DNA of 57,784 bases from Candidatus Micrarchaeota archaeon (GTDB taxonomy: Archaea; Micrarchaeota; Micrarchaeia; Anstonellales; Anstonellaceae). Position 1 is the first letter of the stretch. Each line of letters starts with the position of its first letter. Shown one piece after another: positions 43,558 to 53,800 of the stretch. The stretch covers positions 1-57,784 of the forward strand of contig JAGVWK010000046.1 in the NCBI GenBank assembly GCA_018304295.1. Reading direction: 5' to 3'. The position numbers and the translations under genes were made by a program. The notes under the pieces are model-generated. The model was given only the letters and a program-made list of their open reading frames with translations, did no database searches and had not been told where the DNA came from.

Positions 43558-44136
43558 ATGAAAAGCAAAAAACTCGTCCAATTCCTCCATGAGGCAGGCA
43601 TTCTAAGGCGCACCCCCCGCTCAGGCTGGCAGACAATAGGCGCGCCTTTTGAAAGCGTCGCAGAGCACTCTTTTCGCACCGCAGTAATAGGGTATGCGCT
43701 TGCAAAAATGGAGAAGCTTGGAAAGGAGGATGAGCGCAAAGTTGTGCTTGCGTGCCTTTTCCATGATGTTGCAGAGGCAAGATGCGGCGACTTGAACCTG
43801 ATGAACAAAAAATACGTGCACGCGCACCACCGGCTTGCGCTTGAGGACGCACTAAAAGGAAGCGGGCTTGAGGAAATACTCTCCCTGCCAATAGACAAGC
43901 AAGGAAGCGGGAAAGTTGCGCCCATCCTTAATGACGCGGATTTGCTTGACGTGATGTTTTCCGCCAAAGAATACCTTGATGAAGGGAACAAATACGCGCA
44001 AAAATGGCTTTCAGATTCCCTTCCAATGCTAAAAACAAGAAGCGGAAAGGAGATTGCAAAAAAAATGCTGGCAGCAGATTCAAAGGACTGGCTTTTCAAC
44101 ACTGACTTATTCAAAAAAGAGAACAGGAAAAAGTAA
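43558..44136 (+). CDS. HD-domain phosphohydrolase (YfbR-like 5'-deoxynucleotidase family)
   Basis: RTPRSGW...ESVAEHSFR...LFHDVAEARCGDL. Confidence 0.8.
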   Translation: MKSKKLVQFLHEAGILRRTPRSGWQTIGAPFESVAEHSFRTAVIGYALAKMEKLGKEDERKVVLACLFHDVAEARCGDLNLMNKKYVHAHHRLALEDALKGSGLEEILSLPIDKQGSGKVAPILNDADLLDVMFSAKEYLDEGNKYAQKWLSDSLPMLKTRSGKEIAKKMLAADSKDWLFNTDLFKKENRKK

Positions 44137-44138
44137 AA

Positions 44139-45041
44139 TTAGGCGCCGGCAATCAAATACGCCCCTATGAGCGCAAGCACCGCTCCTGCAATTTTCTGCA
44201 CCCAACCCTCTTTTTCGCCTAGGAGAATGCCCCCTGCAATCGCAGTGAGCACAACCGCAGTAGCCATTATGGGAATCACAATGGATGCAGGCAGCATTGT
44301 GTATGCAACAAAAGAGGCAGCATAAAATACTGCCCCAGCGACCCCGTTCACAGCCAAATCAAGCGTCTTTCGTTTCCAAATTCCAGCGCAGCGGGAAACC
44401 ACACCCCTTCCCAGCATGGCGCAAAGCCCAATGACAAGGAATGCAGAGGCAAAAAAGGCAAAAACAAGAGGTGGCATGTAGGCGACGCCGAATTTGCCTG
44501 CAATGCCCGTTGCAGCGCTGAATGCAGACGCGATTACAATGAGCTGCAGCCCATCCATTTTCCATTTTGTCATGCCCTTGCGGTAAACGCTCAATCCAGA
44601 TGCAATAAAAATAATCGCAACCGCAACAATTTTCTGCATGCTTATGCTCTCTCCAAGGAAAAGCGCAGCAAAAAGAAGCGCCCAAAATATGTTAAGTCTG
44701 CTTACAACCGCGCGCTCACCTGCTTCCACCACTTTGGATGCCTTAAAGGAGAAATAAGTGAAAACAACGGACAATGCCGCAGCAGCAATACACGCAGCCC
44801 ACCCATCCAAGGGTATCCCTGCCATGCCCACGTAACCTTCAAATGAAAAACCTGCGCCCAAAAATAAAATGAACGGCAAAATCGCAAAAGTCGCGGCGGC
44901 ATTTGAAACAACGCTTGCAGCCGCCCCATCCTCCTCACCTTTCATAATGCGCCGCAAGGAGAGGTTCCATGCAGTGGAGGAAAGCACCCCTACAATAAGC
45001 CAAAGCGCAGGAATGAGCATTTCGCTTGCACTGAGTTGCAC
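44139..45041 (-). CDS. EamA/DMT-family transporter
   Basis: About 10 hydrophobic helices arranged in two repeats. Confidence 0.75.
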   Translation of the reverse strand: MQLSASEMLIPALWLIVGVLSSTAWNLSLRRIMKGEEDGAAASVVSNAAATFAILPFILFLGAGFSFEGYVGMAGIPLDGWAACIAAAALSVVFTYFSFKASKVVEAGERAVVSRLNIFWALLFAALFLGESISMQKIVAVAIIFIASGLSVYRKGMTKWKMDGLQLIVIASAFSAATGIAGKFGVAYMPPLVFAFFASAFLVIGLCAMLGRGVVSRCAGIWKRKTLDLAVNGVAGAVFYAASFVAYTMLPASIVIPIMATAVVLTAIAGGILLGEKEGWVQKIAGAVLALIGAYLIAGA

Positions 45042-45104
45042 AGCGGGCTTACTCCCCTAAGCAATAAAAATGTAAGCAAAGAAACAGGAAAAAGTAGAAC
45101 TTAC

Positions 45105-45401
45105 CTACTGCTTCTCATCATCCATTATTTCAAGCGCCTTTTTCACGCTCATGCCTTCGCGTATTCCAATATCCTCCGCCCACATGGTGGCGGTTTTTAT
45201 TTTCGCCCTGAAAACGTCCTCAAAGCATTTTACCCCGGATACAAACGCCGCAACGTCCCCGAGCTTTTCCGCGGAGCCTTTCTCAATGTAGCTGCACGCA
45301 ACATACCCTTTTTTCGCCTTTACAATAATCAACGGAACGTTTCCCAAACTATAGATTATGCCCTGATATTTTTTCCCAGCAAAATCTATCGTTTGTTCCA
45401 T
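45105..45401 (-). CDS. DUF1805 (YunC-like) protein
   Basis: PLIIVKAKKGYVACSYI...AFVSGVKCFEDVFRAKIK. Confidence 0.6.
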   Translation of the reverse strand: MEQTIDFAGKKYQGIIYSLGNVPLIIVKAKKGYVACSYIEKGSAEKLGDVAAFVSGVKCFEDVFRAKIKTATMWAEDIGIREGMSVKKALEIMDDEKQ

Positions 45402-45411
45402 CAGGTCACCT

Positions 45412-45693
45412 CTAGTAACCGCCCCAGTTGGGTCGTTGCTGCTGAGTCTGCGCTGCGCGCTGGCTCCTTCTTATCGCCTGCTCTTTCTTTTTCTCGTAAA
45501 TTCCGCGCGATTTTGCGCACGAGGGGCAATAGTGCATCTCGTTGCGCGTCATGAGCCTTACGTCATCCGCGGTTTTCATGTCAGTGCTGAAAACAGAAGT
45601 CCTTTCGTATGAAACCGCCTTGTCGCGGGGCACGCGCCTTCCGCATGAATCACAATTAACAAGACGCTGCCTTCCACGGATTTTGCTGCCCAT
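45412..45693 (-). CDS. rps26e: 30S ribosomal protein S26e
   Basis: RGRQRLVNCDSCGRRVPRDKAV...HYCPSCA aligns with the eS26 pattern C.NC.RCVPKDKA...HYCVSCA. GGAGGT lies upstream of the ATG. Confidence 0.75.
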   Translation of the reverse strand: MGSKIRGRQRLVNCDSCGRRVPRDKAVSYERTSVFSTDMKTADDVRLMTRNEMHYCPSCAKSRGIYEKKKEQAIRRSQRAAQTQQQRPNWGGY

Positions 45694-45854
45694 TTTATTA
45701 CCTCCGAATTAGAACTGGATTTCTCGCCGCTATTATATCGCACGACGAGTTTATATAGCTTATAGAGTGGTATGGGCGCTTGTCAAATATTGTGTAAATG
45801 ACTTTCTACGGGGTAAAAAATATGAAAAGGAGAAAAAGAAAAGCCGAACGATTG

Positions 45855-46040
45855 CTATTTTCCAATCCTTACCGCATACTTGCCCGGCGCTTTTACGCCC
45901 ATTTTATCCCCTATCTTGCTTTTTGCGGGGTCAAAAATAAACACCGTGCTGTTGAACTTGTCAGTAAGCTCCTCCCCGCTGCATTGGGGGCACTTGGGCG
46001 CATCCTCAAAAATGAGCCTGCAATTTTTGCATGCTTTCAT
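45855..46040 (-). CDS. spt4: Transcription elongation factor Spt4 / RpoE''
   Basis: MKACKNCRLIFEDAPKCPQCSGEELTDKF is a 4-Cys zinc ribbon. It lies directly downstream of rpoE'. The start was trimmed to Met 46040. Confidence 0.8.
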   Translation of the reverse strand: MKACKNCRLIFEDAPKCPQCSGEELTDKFNSTVFIFDPAKSKIGDKMGVKAPGKYAVRIGK

Positions 46041-46074
46041 AAAAATCTCCTCCTGTTTGCTTGCATCTTTTTCT

Positions 46075-46674
46075 TCACGCGGCTTTCTCTTTCTTTTTGC
46101 CTTTTTCCGCAGCCTCTCCCCTTGACGCGCGCGCCTTTTCCGCCTCATCTATCCATTCTCCTTTGCCAAGGCCGTCCGGCCTCATCGTAAGCCCTATTTT
46201 CGCGTCCGCAATCGTGTTCTTCATGCTCACCGTTGAAATTTTCGCAAGCACTATGTCGTCTTTCTTGAGCACTTTTTTGCTTTCCCTTCCGCTAAAGGTG
46301 CCGGTTTTCTTGTTGTACGTGAGAAAATCGTTTGCAATCTGGGACAGGTGCACGAGCCCCTCTATTGGCCCAAGCCCGACAAACGCCCCGAACTCCACAA
46401 GCTCGCTCACCTGCGCCTCCACTATCTCATTTACGGACGGCTGGTAGGAAAGCGCGTCAAAATTCACGGTATAATACGCCGCGCCGTCGCCGGGTATCAC
46501 CACCCCGTCCCCCTCGGGTTTTACGTTCCACACTGAAAGCACAATGCCTGTTTCCTTGTCAAGCCTGCGCTCGTACTTTTCGCGCAAAATCTGCGCAAGC
46601 GCGTCCTCCAGCTTCATTGAGAAAAACTGCGGGGGCAGCCTGATGCGGTCGTTTATTGTCATTACGTTGTACAT
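46075..46674 (-). CDS. rpoE1: DNA-directed RNA polymerase subunit E' (Rpb7 homologue) with a K/E-rich tail
   Basis: Rpb7 N-domain plus an S1 domain (VEAQVSELVEFGAFVGLGPIEGLVHLSQI). Confidence 0.9.
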   Translation of the reverse strand: MYNVMTINDRIRLPPQFFSMKLEDALAQILREKYERRLDKETGIVLSVWNVKPEGDGVVIPGDGAAYYTVNFDALSYQPSVNEIVEAQVSELVEFGAFVGLGPIEGLVHLSQIANDFLTYNKKTGTFSGRESKKVLKKDDIVLAKISTVSMKNTIADAKIGLTMRPDGLGKGEWIDEAEKARASRGEAAEKGKKKEKAA

Positions 46675-46749
46675 AATTCCACCTTGTTAGAATAAGCTGT
46701 GAATACTTAGGCGTGCCAAACAATATAAACCTAATTCCAGCCGGCTGCC

Positions 46750-47586
46750 TCAAGGTTTTGCAGCCTTAAGCCAGATTTTCTGCAATTTAAGCGCATCCAC
46801 CTCAAGCATGGGGGTTTCGCATATCACCCTGCCGCCCCATCCCAGTTGTGCGAACGCCTCTGCAAGGGGCGCAAAAGGCGGCTCATCATGCCCAAGCTCA
46901 AGGTGCGAGAGCTCCCCGGCATCGCTGTATGATATCTCGGAAAAATGGCAGTGGAAGTTTTTTCCTACCCCTCCCCCAAGCTCTCTTTCCATTGCATCCA
47001 GTATCTTTTCAAAGTCCTTCTTTCCCCTCAGCCTTCCAATGCGCGCATGGTAGTGCCCATAATCCACTACCGGCTGGCATCTTTCCAGCCCGAATTCCTG
47101 CGCCAATCCCATTATCTCCTCCAAATTCCCATATGCAGAGTGCTTTCCGGTAAGCTCAGCCCCTAGCGCAACCCCCTTTATGCCCTCTTCTTGCATTTTC
47201 CCAAGCACCCTCTGCAACGTCTGCACAACAAGCGGCCTGCATTGCGCGCCGCTTCTTCCCATGTAAAAGCCGGGATGGAAAACAATGGGGCTTGCCCCAA
47301 GCGCCTGCGCTGCGCGGGCGGTTTCCATTAGGTTGCGCACGCTCGCATCCAGCTTCTGCGGCTCTTTTGCGCAGCAATTTATCCAATATGGGCAGTGGCA
47401 GGAAAGCGCAATGCCAAGCTCCTTTGCCTTTTTGCCGACCGCAAGCGCAGTTTCCCTGCCCATTTTAACGCCGCGCACGAATTCCACTTCCATTGCGCCA
47501 AGCCCTATTTTTTTGCAGTATTCAACACCCTTAAGGGTGCCGCCTTCGCACCCAAGGGGTATTCCTGCAGGCCCAAACCGTATCAT
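46750..47586 (-). CDS. AP endonuclease family 2 / endonuclease IV-like TIM-barrel protein
   Basis: MIRFGPAGIP...GLGAMEVEFV...IVFHPGFY...DYGHYHARIG. Confidence 0.7.
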   Translation of the reverse strand: MIRFGPAGIPLGCEGGTLKGVEYCKKIGLGAMEVEFVRGVKMGRETALAVGKKAKELGIALSCHCPYWINCCAKEPQKLDASVRNLMETARAAQALGASPIVFHPGFYMGRSGAQCRPLVVQTLQRVLGKMQEEGIKGVALGAELTGKHSAYGNLEEIMGLAQEFGLERCQPVVDYGHYHARIGRLRGKKDFEKILDAMERELGGGVGKNFHCHFSEISYSDAGELSHLELGHDEPPFAPLAEAFAQLGWGGRVICETPMLEVDALKLQKIWLKAAKP

Positions 47587-47637
47587 GCATGCGCATTCCG
47601 CTCCATGTATTAAAAGCATTGATGCAGCCGCAAATGC

Positions 47638-48621
47638 ATGAAATATGCCCCCCAGATTGCACAGCTGCTCCTCTCCATCCTTGCGCTTTTCGCAATATCC
47701 TATTTTGTTGATTTTGGGCAGGTGCTTTCAGTTTTGCAAGGCGCAAACCTCCAATACGTGCTTGGCGGCGGCGCATGTTACATGGGAATAAACCTTCTCA
47801 TGTCATTGCGCATGAAAGTGCTACTTGAGGACATGGGCGCGCGCGTGGGATACTGGAAAATAACGCTTGCGCATTTTGCAGGAATGCTCGCCTCTGATTT
47901 CACGCCTGCGCGAAGCGGGTATTTTACAACAGCCGCAGTGCTTGCATCAAGCGGCGTTCCGGCTTCAAAAGCGGTTGCCTCCATCCTCTCCCCACAACTC
48001 TTTGATTTCTTCCTCAAGGTGATTGTGGGCTCAATCGCAATCGCATACATGCTCTCCTTCTTTGCCCTTGGGGGGGATTTTGCGCTTGGCACAATCGCAG
48101 GCATACTTGGCGTGCTCCTGATGCTCATTTTTGCTGTCTTTCTTGTATTCTCAAGGAAATTCCTGCTTTTTTTGCAGCCGTTTTTTTCCATCCACTTCCT
48201 TGGGGAAAAAGCATGGGAAATGCTTGCAGGAATGCAGGAGCATTCCAAGGCAATAAAGCGCAAGCTCCCATTTGTATTGGGGCTGCTTTTTTGCACGTGG
48301 ATGCTAAAGGGCGCGGAATGGATGCTCCTTGGGAGCGCGCTTTCGCTTTCCCCCAATTTCCCATACGGCGCGTTTGTTTTTTACCTTCTGCTGCAGCCGC
48401 TGATAACTATCTTGCAGTTCCTCCCCTTTCCAACGCTTGCGGGCGCGGGCCTCTCCGAGGCAGGCGCAATAGGCGCGCTTTTCTTTTTTGGCATTGACGC
48501 GCCCTCCGCAGCCGCATTCGCACTGCTTACGCGCGGCATTATGATATCAATAGACCTGATAGGGCTTGCGCGGATAACAAAAATAGATTTCGGCAAAATC
48601 CTTGCAAAGGCCCCCATTTAA
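47638..48621 (+). CDS. Flippase-like (UPF0104 / lysyl-PG synthase TM region) membrane protein
   Basis: About 8 TM helices and the pattern LASDFTPARSGYF. Confidence 0.6.
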   Translation: MKYAPQIAQLLLSILALFAISYFVDFGQVLSVLQGANLQYVLGGGACYMGINLLMSLRMKVLLEDMGARVGYWKITLAHFAGMLASDFTPARSGYFTTAAVLASSGVPASKAVASILSPQLFDFFLKVIVGSIAIAYMLSFFALGGDFALGTIAGILGVLLMLIFAVFLVFSRKFLLFLQPFFSIHFLGEKAWEMLAGMQEHSKAIKRKLPFVLGLLFCTWMLKGAEWMLLGSALSLSPNFPYGAFVFYLLLQPLITILQFLPFPTLAGAGLSEAGAIGALFFFGIDAPSAAAFALLTRGIMISIDLIGLARITKIDFGKILAKAPI

Positions 48622-48999
48622 GTGGATTTTATGCAAAAAAACCCTATGCAAAAAAGAAACGTGAAAAATGCAAACGCGCTTTTCTCAAGGAAAATGCGCT
48701 CAAGCCCGACGCGCAGGCTCGCAGGCTCCCTTTCCTACTCCAACATCTGGCTGTGGGCGCTTGCGCTTATCAAAAACCAGAGGCTGCACGCATACACCCT
48801 GAATGAAAAAATAGAGCAAAAGTTCGGCTTTCTCCCCGGAAGGATAATGGCGTATGTGGTGCTTTACAAGCTGGAGCAGGAGGGGCTGCTTGCCTCAAAA
48901 GTATCAAAGAGGAGGAAATACTACGTGCTGAGCGCAAAAGGCAAAAAGGAGCTGCGCGCCGCAAAAGAATTAATGCAGGATGCGGCAAGAGAGCTATGA
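48622..48999 (+). CDS. PadR-family transcriptional regulator
   Basis: HAYTLNEKIEQKFGFLPGRIMAYVVLYKLEQEGLLASKVSKRRKYYVLSAKGKKEL. Confidence 0.75.
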   Translation: MDFMQKNPMQKRNVKNANALFSRKMRSSPTRRLAGSLSYSNIWLWALALIKNQRLHAYTLNEKIEQKFGFLPGRIMAYVVLYKLEQEGLLASKVSKRRKYYVLSAKGKKELRAAKELMQDAAREL

Positions 49000-49017
49000 A
49001 AAAATACCGGTGAACGC

Positions 49018-49662
49018 ATGGCAACAAGCATGGCAACAAAAAAGCGCACGCCAAAACCCCGCACCGCCGCAAAAACAGGCAGCAATAAGCCCATCGTGAT
49101 AACGGGCGTGCCCGGCAGCGGCAAAACAAGCCTTGCCGCAGAGCTTGCAAAGCTCACCGGCGCAAAAATAATAAGCATAAACGACCTTGTGGCCGCGCAA
49201 AGCCTCTTCAGCGAAACGGACGTAACGGACGGGGCAAAAATAGTGCTGCTTCCCAAGCTGCTCGCCGCAATAAAAAAGGAAGTTTCTTCCGCAGGCGCAA
49301 TGGCGGTAATAGAGGGGCACCTTGCCTGCGAGCTTCGCATAAGCGCGCGGCTTGTGATTGTGTGCCGCTGCAACCCAAAAGTGCTGCGCAAAAGGCTCGC
49401 GCTTCGCGATTATGGGCAGGAAAAGTCCAAGGCAAACGAGCTTTGCGAAATGCTGGACTATTGCACGCTTCAAAGCGAGCGCAATTTTCCCAAATCAATA
49501 ATCTTTGAAATTGACACAAGCGCATCAACCCCGGCACAAAGCGCGCAGCGCGCGCTTGAAATAATGCAAGATATCAAGGCGGCTGCAAAAAAAAGGGCTT
49601 GGGCGGACTGGTCAGGGATGCTTTTTTCACAGGAGATAGATTTTAGAAGCCTAAAGCAGTAA
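49018..49662 (+). CDS. Fap7/AK6-like putative adenylate kinase
   Basis: IVITGVPGSGKTSLAAELA...VIEGHLA...VIVCRCNPKVLRKRLALRDY. Confidence 0.8.
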   Translation: MATSMATKKRTPKPRTAAKTGSNKPIVITGVPGSGKTSLAAELAKLTGAKIISINDLVAAQSLFSETDVTDGAKIVLLPKLLAAIKKEVSSAGAMAVIEGHLACELRISARLVIVCRCNPKVLRKRLALRDYGQEKSKANELCEMLDYCTLQSERNFPKSIIFEIDTSASTPAQSAQRALEIMQDIKAAAKKRAWADWSGMLFSQEIDFRSLKQ

Positions 49663-49685
49663 TCACACGCGCACGGGGTGGGAAG

Positions 49686-50213
49686 ATGGGAAAACTTTTT
49701 TCAACGGGCTTTTTGGCAATGCTGCTTGTTGCAGCAGTGTTTTTTGCAGGCTGCATAAGCGCGCCGCAGGCTCCAAACGGGCAGGGCAACACAACGCAAA
49801 ACACCTCTCAGCAAAATAACGCTTCAACTCAAAACGAAAGCGGGCAGGGGCCGCAATTGCCGCTGCTGCAAAGCGAGCGCGCCACCTACCTTGATTTCAA
49901 CCCGCAGGAGTACATGGCGGCGCGCGCAGCTGGAAAAATAATATACATAGAGGTTTACTCAGCGCAGTGCATGCAATGCATATTTTTTGAAGACGAAATG
50001 GAGGAAGCATTCATACACATGGCAAGCGAGCGCAAATACGCAAACGTGTCGGGCTTCAAGCTGGACGCTGCAAACGGCGAATTCGCCTCAATGGTTGGCG
50101 CAAGCGTGCCCAACACCCACATGGTGATAAGCAGAAGCGGCACCGTGTTAACAAACTATACCGGCGACTGGGACAGGCAAACCCTGCTTGATGCGATTGC
50201 GCGCGCCACATAG
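49686..50213 (+). CDS. Thioredoxin-fold-like lipoprotein
   Basis: Lipobox FFAGC after a signal peptide. The mature domain is sized like a thioredoxin-like fold, but no CxxC was seen. Confidence 0.5.
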   Translation: MGKLFSTGFLAMLLVAAVFFAGCISAPQAPNGQGNTTQNTSQQNNASTQNESGQGPQLPLLQSERATYLDFNPQEYMAARAAGKIIYIEVYSAQCMQCIFFEDEMEEAFIHMASERKYANVSGFKLDAANGEFASMVGASVPNTHMVISRSGTVLTNYTGDWDRQTLLDAIARAT

Positions 50214-50326
50214 CACATGCGCCCGCAAAGCATGCGCCACAGAAATGGCGGTCGCCCGCGCCTGCATGGCGCATGCAATTTGCAGCATATTCCTGCGCCC
50301 CATTGCACTTGCGCGTCATGCCTGTG

Positions 50327-50590
50327 CTATTTCCCTGCAAAATCCGCAAGCATTTTTCCCTTTGGCACAAGTATGCCTGCTTGGCACTTAAGCGGCAATT
50401 GCGCAAGCTCGCACACAATGCGCAGCTGCGGCAAATCAACAATCCTATCCGGCACAATAAACGGCACATTCCCCTGCGCAATTTTCTCCCTCACTATGCC
50501 AAAGCGCAAAACCTGCCACACCCCGCTTCGCTGCACGCGAAAGTCAAAAAATCCGTCCTTGAGCGCCTTTTTCTGGTCTATTTTTTCCAT
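50327..50590 (-). CDS. Hypothetical protein (87 aa)
   Basis: ORF trimmed to Met 50590, 27 nt downstream of the small ORF 50618..50797. Confidence 0.35.
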   Translation of the reverse strand: MEKIDQKKALKDGFFDFRVQRSGVWQVLRFGIVREKIAQGNVPFIVPDRIVDLPQLRIVCELAQLPLKCQAGILVPKGKMLADFAGK

Positions 50591-50617
50591 TCCACCACTA
50601 TCACTACGTGAAAACAC

Positions 50618-50797
50618 TCAAAGCGCATATACCACGTACATGGGCCTTCCAGTATCGTCGTATTCCCTCTCTATCATGGTGAGGTTCCCGTGCTTCTCGT
50701 GCTTCAGCGCGATTTCCTTCGTAGCCTCATAATACGGCGTTACATACACAATCCTTTTCCCAGCCGCCTTTTTCCTGCGCGAGCGGTATTTTGCCAT
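50618..50797 (-). CDS. Small basic hypothetical protein (59 aa, below the ORF-track cutoff)
   Basis: Hand translation gives MAKYRSRRKKAAGKRIVYVTPYYEATKEIALKHEKHGNLTMIEREYDDTGRPMYVVYAL. Confidence 0.35.
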   Translation of the reverse strand: MAKYRSRRKKAAGKRIVYVTPYYEATKEIALKHEKHGNLTMIEREYDDTGRPMYVVYAL

Positions 50798-50884
50798 CCA
50801 CTAACCCCATTGCCTGCCAGCTTATCTGCACCAGCTTATCTCTTCATCCAAAGTATTTTATAGCTTTCAGGAGCTGAAAATCCC

Positions 50885-53800
50885 ATGAGAGGCTTCCGCC
50901 TCGCGCTCATTTTTTTCCTGCTTGTGCCTATGCTTTTTGCTCTCAGCCAGCCGCAGAATTCCAATGCAACACTCTCACAGGCGCGCCTTCCTGTTTCCTT
51001 CCAGCCCTTTTATGCAAACCCGCAATGGCTGGCACAAACCGGCGGCAGCGAACTTGGAACTCTGCGCATCCATTCAACAAATGCGCAGCATTCTCTTAAC
51101 GCGCTCAAGATTGGAGAAATGGACGAGCTTGCAGCAGAGGATTTTTTGCAGATGCTAAGCGCGCAGGAAGCAAAAGATTACGCGCAGGCTGCAACACATT
51201 TGCAGCTTGCAGCGCAGCACCGCAAAAATGCGCTTGCAAACGCAACAATAGCAGCATCGCTTTGGGAGCACGCAACCGACGCAGGGCTTGGAGTTGACAG
51301 CCTTGCAGCCGATGCCCTTCTTTACGCCCCATCAATTGTTGCAACGCAGGGCGCAATTGCGCAGCTCCATTTTGCATACCTTGCGCAAAGGGCATTGGAC
51401 TACATTGTTTTTGCGCTAAGCTATGGCCCTTACTTTGAATCCTCCTCATCCGAATACCTGCTTGCTTTTTCGCATGCGGATTCCGCAGTGAACGCAGCCG
51501 CGATGCAGGCTGAAAAAGCAGCAGGCGGGCTTGAATTTTCAGGCATGTGCGATTCCACCTTTCCCCCTCCCGCATGCGCAGGCTGGCGCAATTTTGTTTT
51601 TGAGGCAAGCCTGCAGCAGTGCCCGCAGCAGCAAGAAGCCACATCCGCAGGCGCTTATGCATGCGCGCGCATTGCAGCTCTTTCCTTAAACGACCCGCCA
51701 ACGTTCACTTCTCCGCAAGCGCTTGCAAGCCTGCGCATGCATGAAAAATACAATTCTCTGGTGGGAAAGCCACAGTGGGTGCAGCAGGGAACGCAGCAGC
51801 AAAGCCTGCTTGTGGGGCTGCTTATGCTTGCACGGGAAAGCACGGCAGCCCTTTCCCTTGCCCAAGACGGGCATGCGACCGCTTCCCAAACGCACAAGTC
51901 CGTTCTTGCGCAGGCGCAGGACGCGCTGGAGCGCGCGCAGGCGCAGCAATACTGGAAGCTTGGAATCGCAAGCGGCTTTGAGGACACAAATTCCAAACCC
52001 GAGCTTTCGGACGCGCTTTCCTTCTATGAACGATTTGAGCATTCAAAATCCCTTGTCCAGCAAAGCTCCACGCAGCTTTCCCTTGCCCAAAGCTCATATT
52101 CCTCCGCCTCGCGCGGCTACCTTCTCTTTTCCACTGATGCGCATGCAAGCGGCATTGCGCAGGCGCAAGCCGCGCTTGAAATCCTTGGAGAGCTTGAGGA
52201 GGATTCGCTTGCGCTTTTGCAAAAAGCCTCTTCATTATGCACAAAGCGGCTTCTTGATGCGCAGTTGAAGCTGCAGCTTTCCCCTCCAAGCGCGGCTTCT
52301 CGCGCGTCCCTTGCAGCAGCAAAAATAGAGAAAGCGCAGGAGCAGCTTTCCTTGGCGCCTTCCAAAAACAGCGGCAGCGCCTACGAGGCATATCTGCTTG
52401 CATGCGAAAATGCGCAAGCCGCAATCGCGCTCCTTGAGTCGCAGGTAACCGACGATGGCAGCCTCCAAGAGGCTGAAAAAATGCTTGCAGGGGCAAAAAA
52501 AGACGGGCTTGAAATTTCGTACGAGCAATATCTTTTCAGCAGCGCAAAAATCGCGCTCACCTCCGAATGGGCGGGCAAGGACGCACATATTGGCGCAGTG
52601 GGGCTTTTGCAAAGCATACGCGACTCTTTGCTTGAAAAGGAAAGCGCGGCGCTTGAGCAGTGGCAGCAGCGCTACGAGCGCCTGCTTGCTTTTGAGGATG
52701 ATGCGCAGCTCTCATCCGAAATTTCCTCATTCTCCTCGCAATACGTGCGCGATGGGAAAATAAGCAGCGCTCTTGCGCTTGGGGAGCTGGACAATATCTC
52801 CTTTGGGATTTTGCGCCTTGAGGAGGCTGCGCAGGGACGCACTCTTTCCATTGCTTCCCTGCAGCTATCCCAAAACGCGCAGCTTGAAATTTTGCGCAGC
52901 AGCTTCTGGCCCACAAAAGAAGGCACCGTTTTTGGCATTATACGCACAAGCAGCGGGCAGCTCAACGCAACGCACGTGCCATTTTCCATTCCTTGCGGCT
53001 TTGAGCTGCGCATGCAGGATTTGCAGGGCGTTCCCCAATGGCTTGAGTCAATAAGCTACAACCCTCAATCGCGCATCTTGCAGCTGCAAATTTCAAACGC
53101 AACCGCCGGAACGCAGTACGAGGCTTATTTTGAGAGGAGCCTGCCTGCTCCGCCCGCCCTTATTGTTTCATCGCTTGTGCGCAGCACGGAGGGGACGAGC
53201 GTGCGCACGCTGCGCACAATAAATTTCAATGCGCAATTGGATGCGCAAGGGATGCTTTTTTACCCGCTGCCCCAAGGCGCAGTGCTTCTTTCCTCCACGC
53301 TCAACTCAAATTCCCTTGAAGGCAGCATTGTTGCGCAAAACGGCACGCATTTTGCCGCCCCTGCCTCCGTCCCAAAGGGCGCAAACACCCTTGAAATATA
53401 CTACATGCTTGAAAACGCGTTTGAGGCATCCTCAACCTACAGCTCCGCTTCCATGGGCGCAAAAACTTCCATCGCCCACACGCTTTCCATATACAACGTC
53501 TCGGATTCGCTTAATGGCGCACAGCTTTTCTTTGGCTCGCCCGCAGGCATTTTTGGTTTTTCCACAACCGCCTCGCGCGCAGGCGCGCTCATGGGCGCAA
53601 GCTCGCTTGAAGGCGCATCCGGAGGGTATGTGCTTGAGATTGGCAACATAATGCAAGGGGACAGCGTGCAGTTTTTCATAACTTACTCCATTGAAAATTC
53701 CTCTTATGTGGAGGAGTTCATCTCCATGCGGGAAAAAACCGCGCAGGCGCTTAACGACTCAGCCGCCCAATCCTACCTTTTTGCAGCCCGCTCCAAGCTT

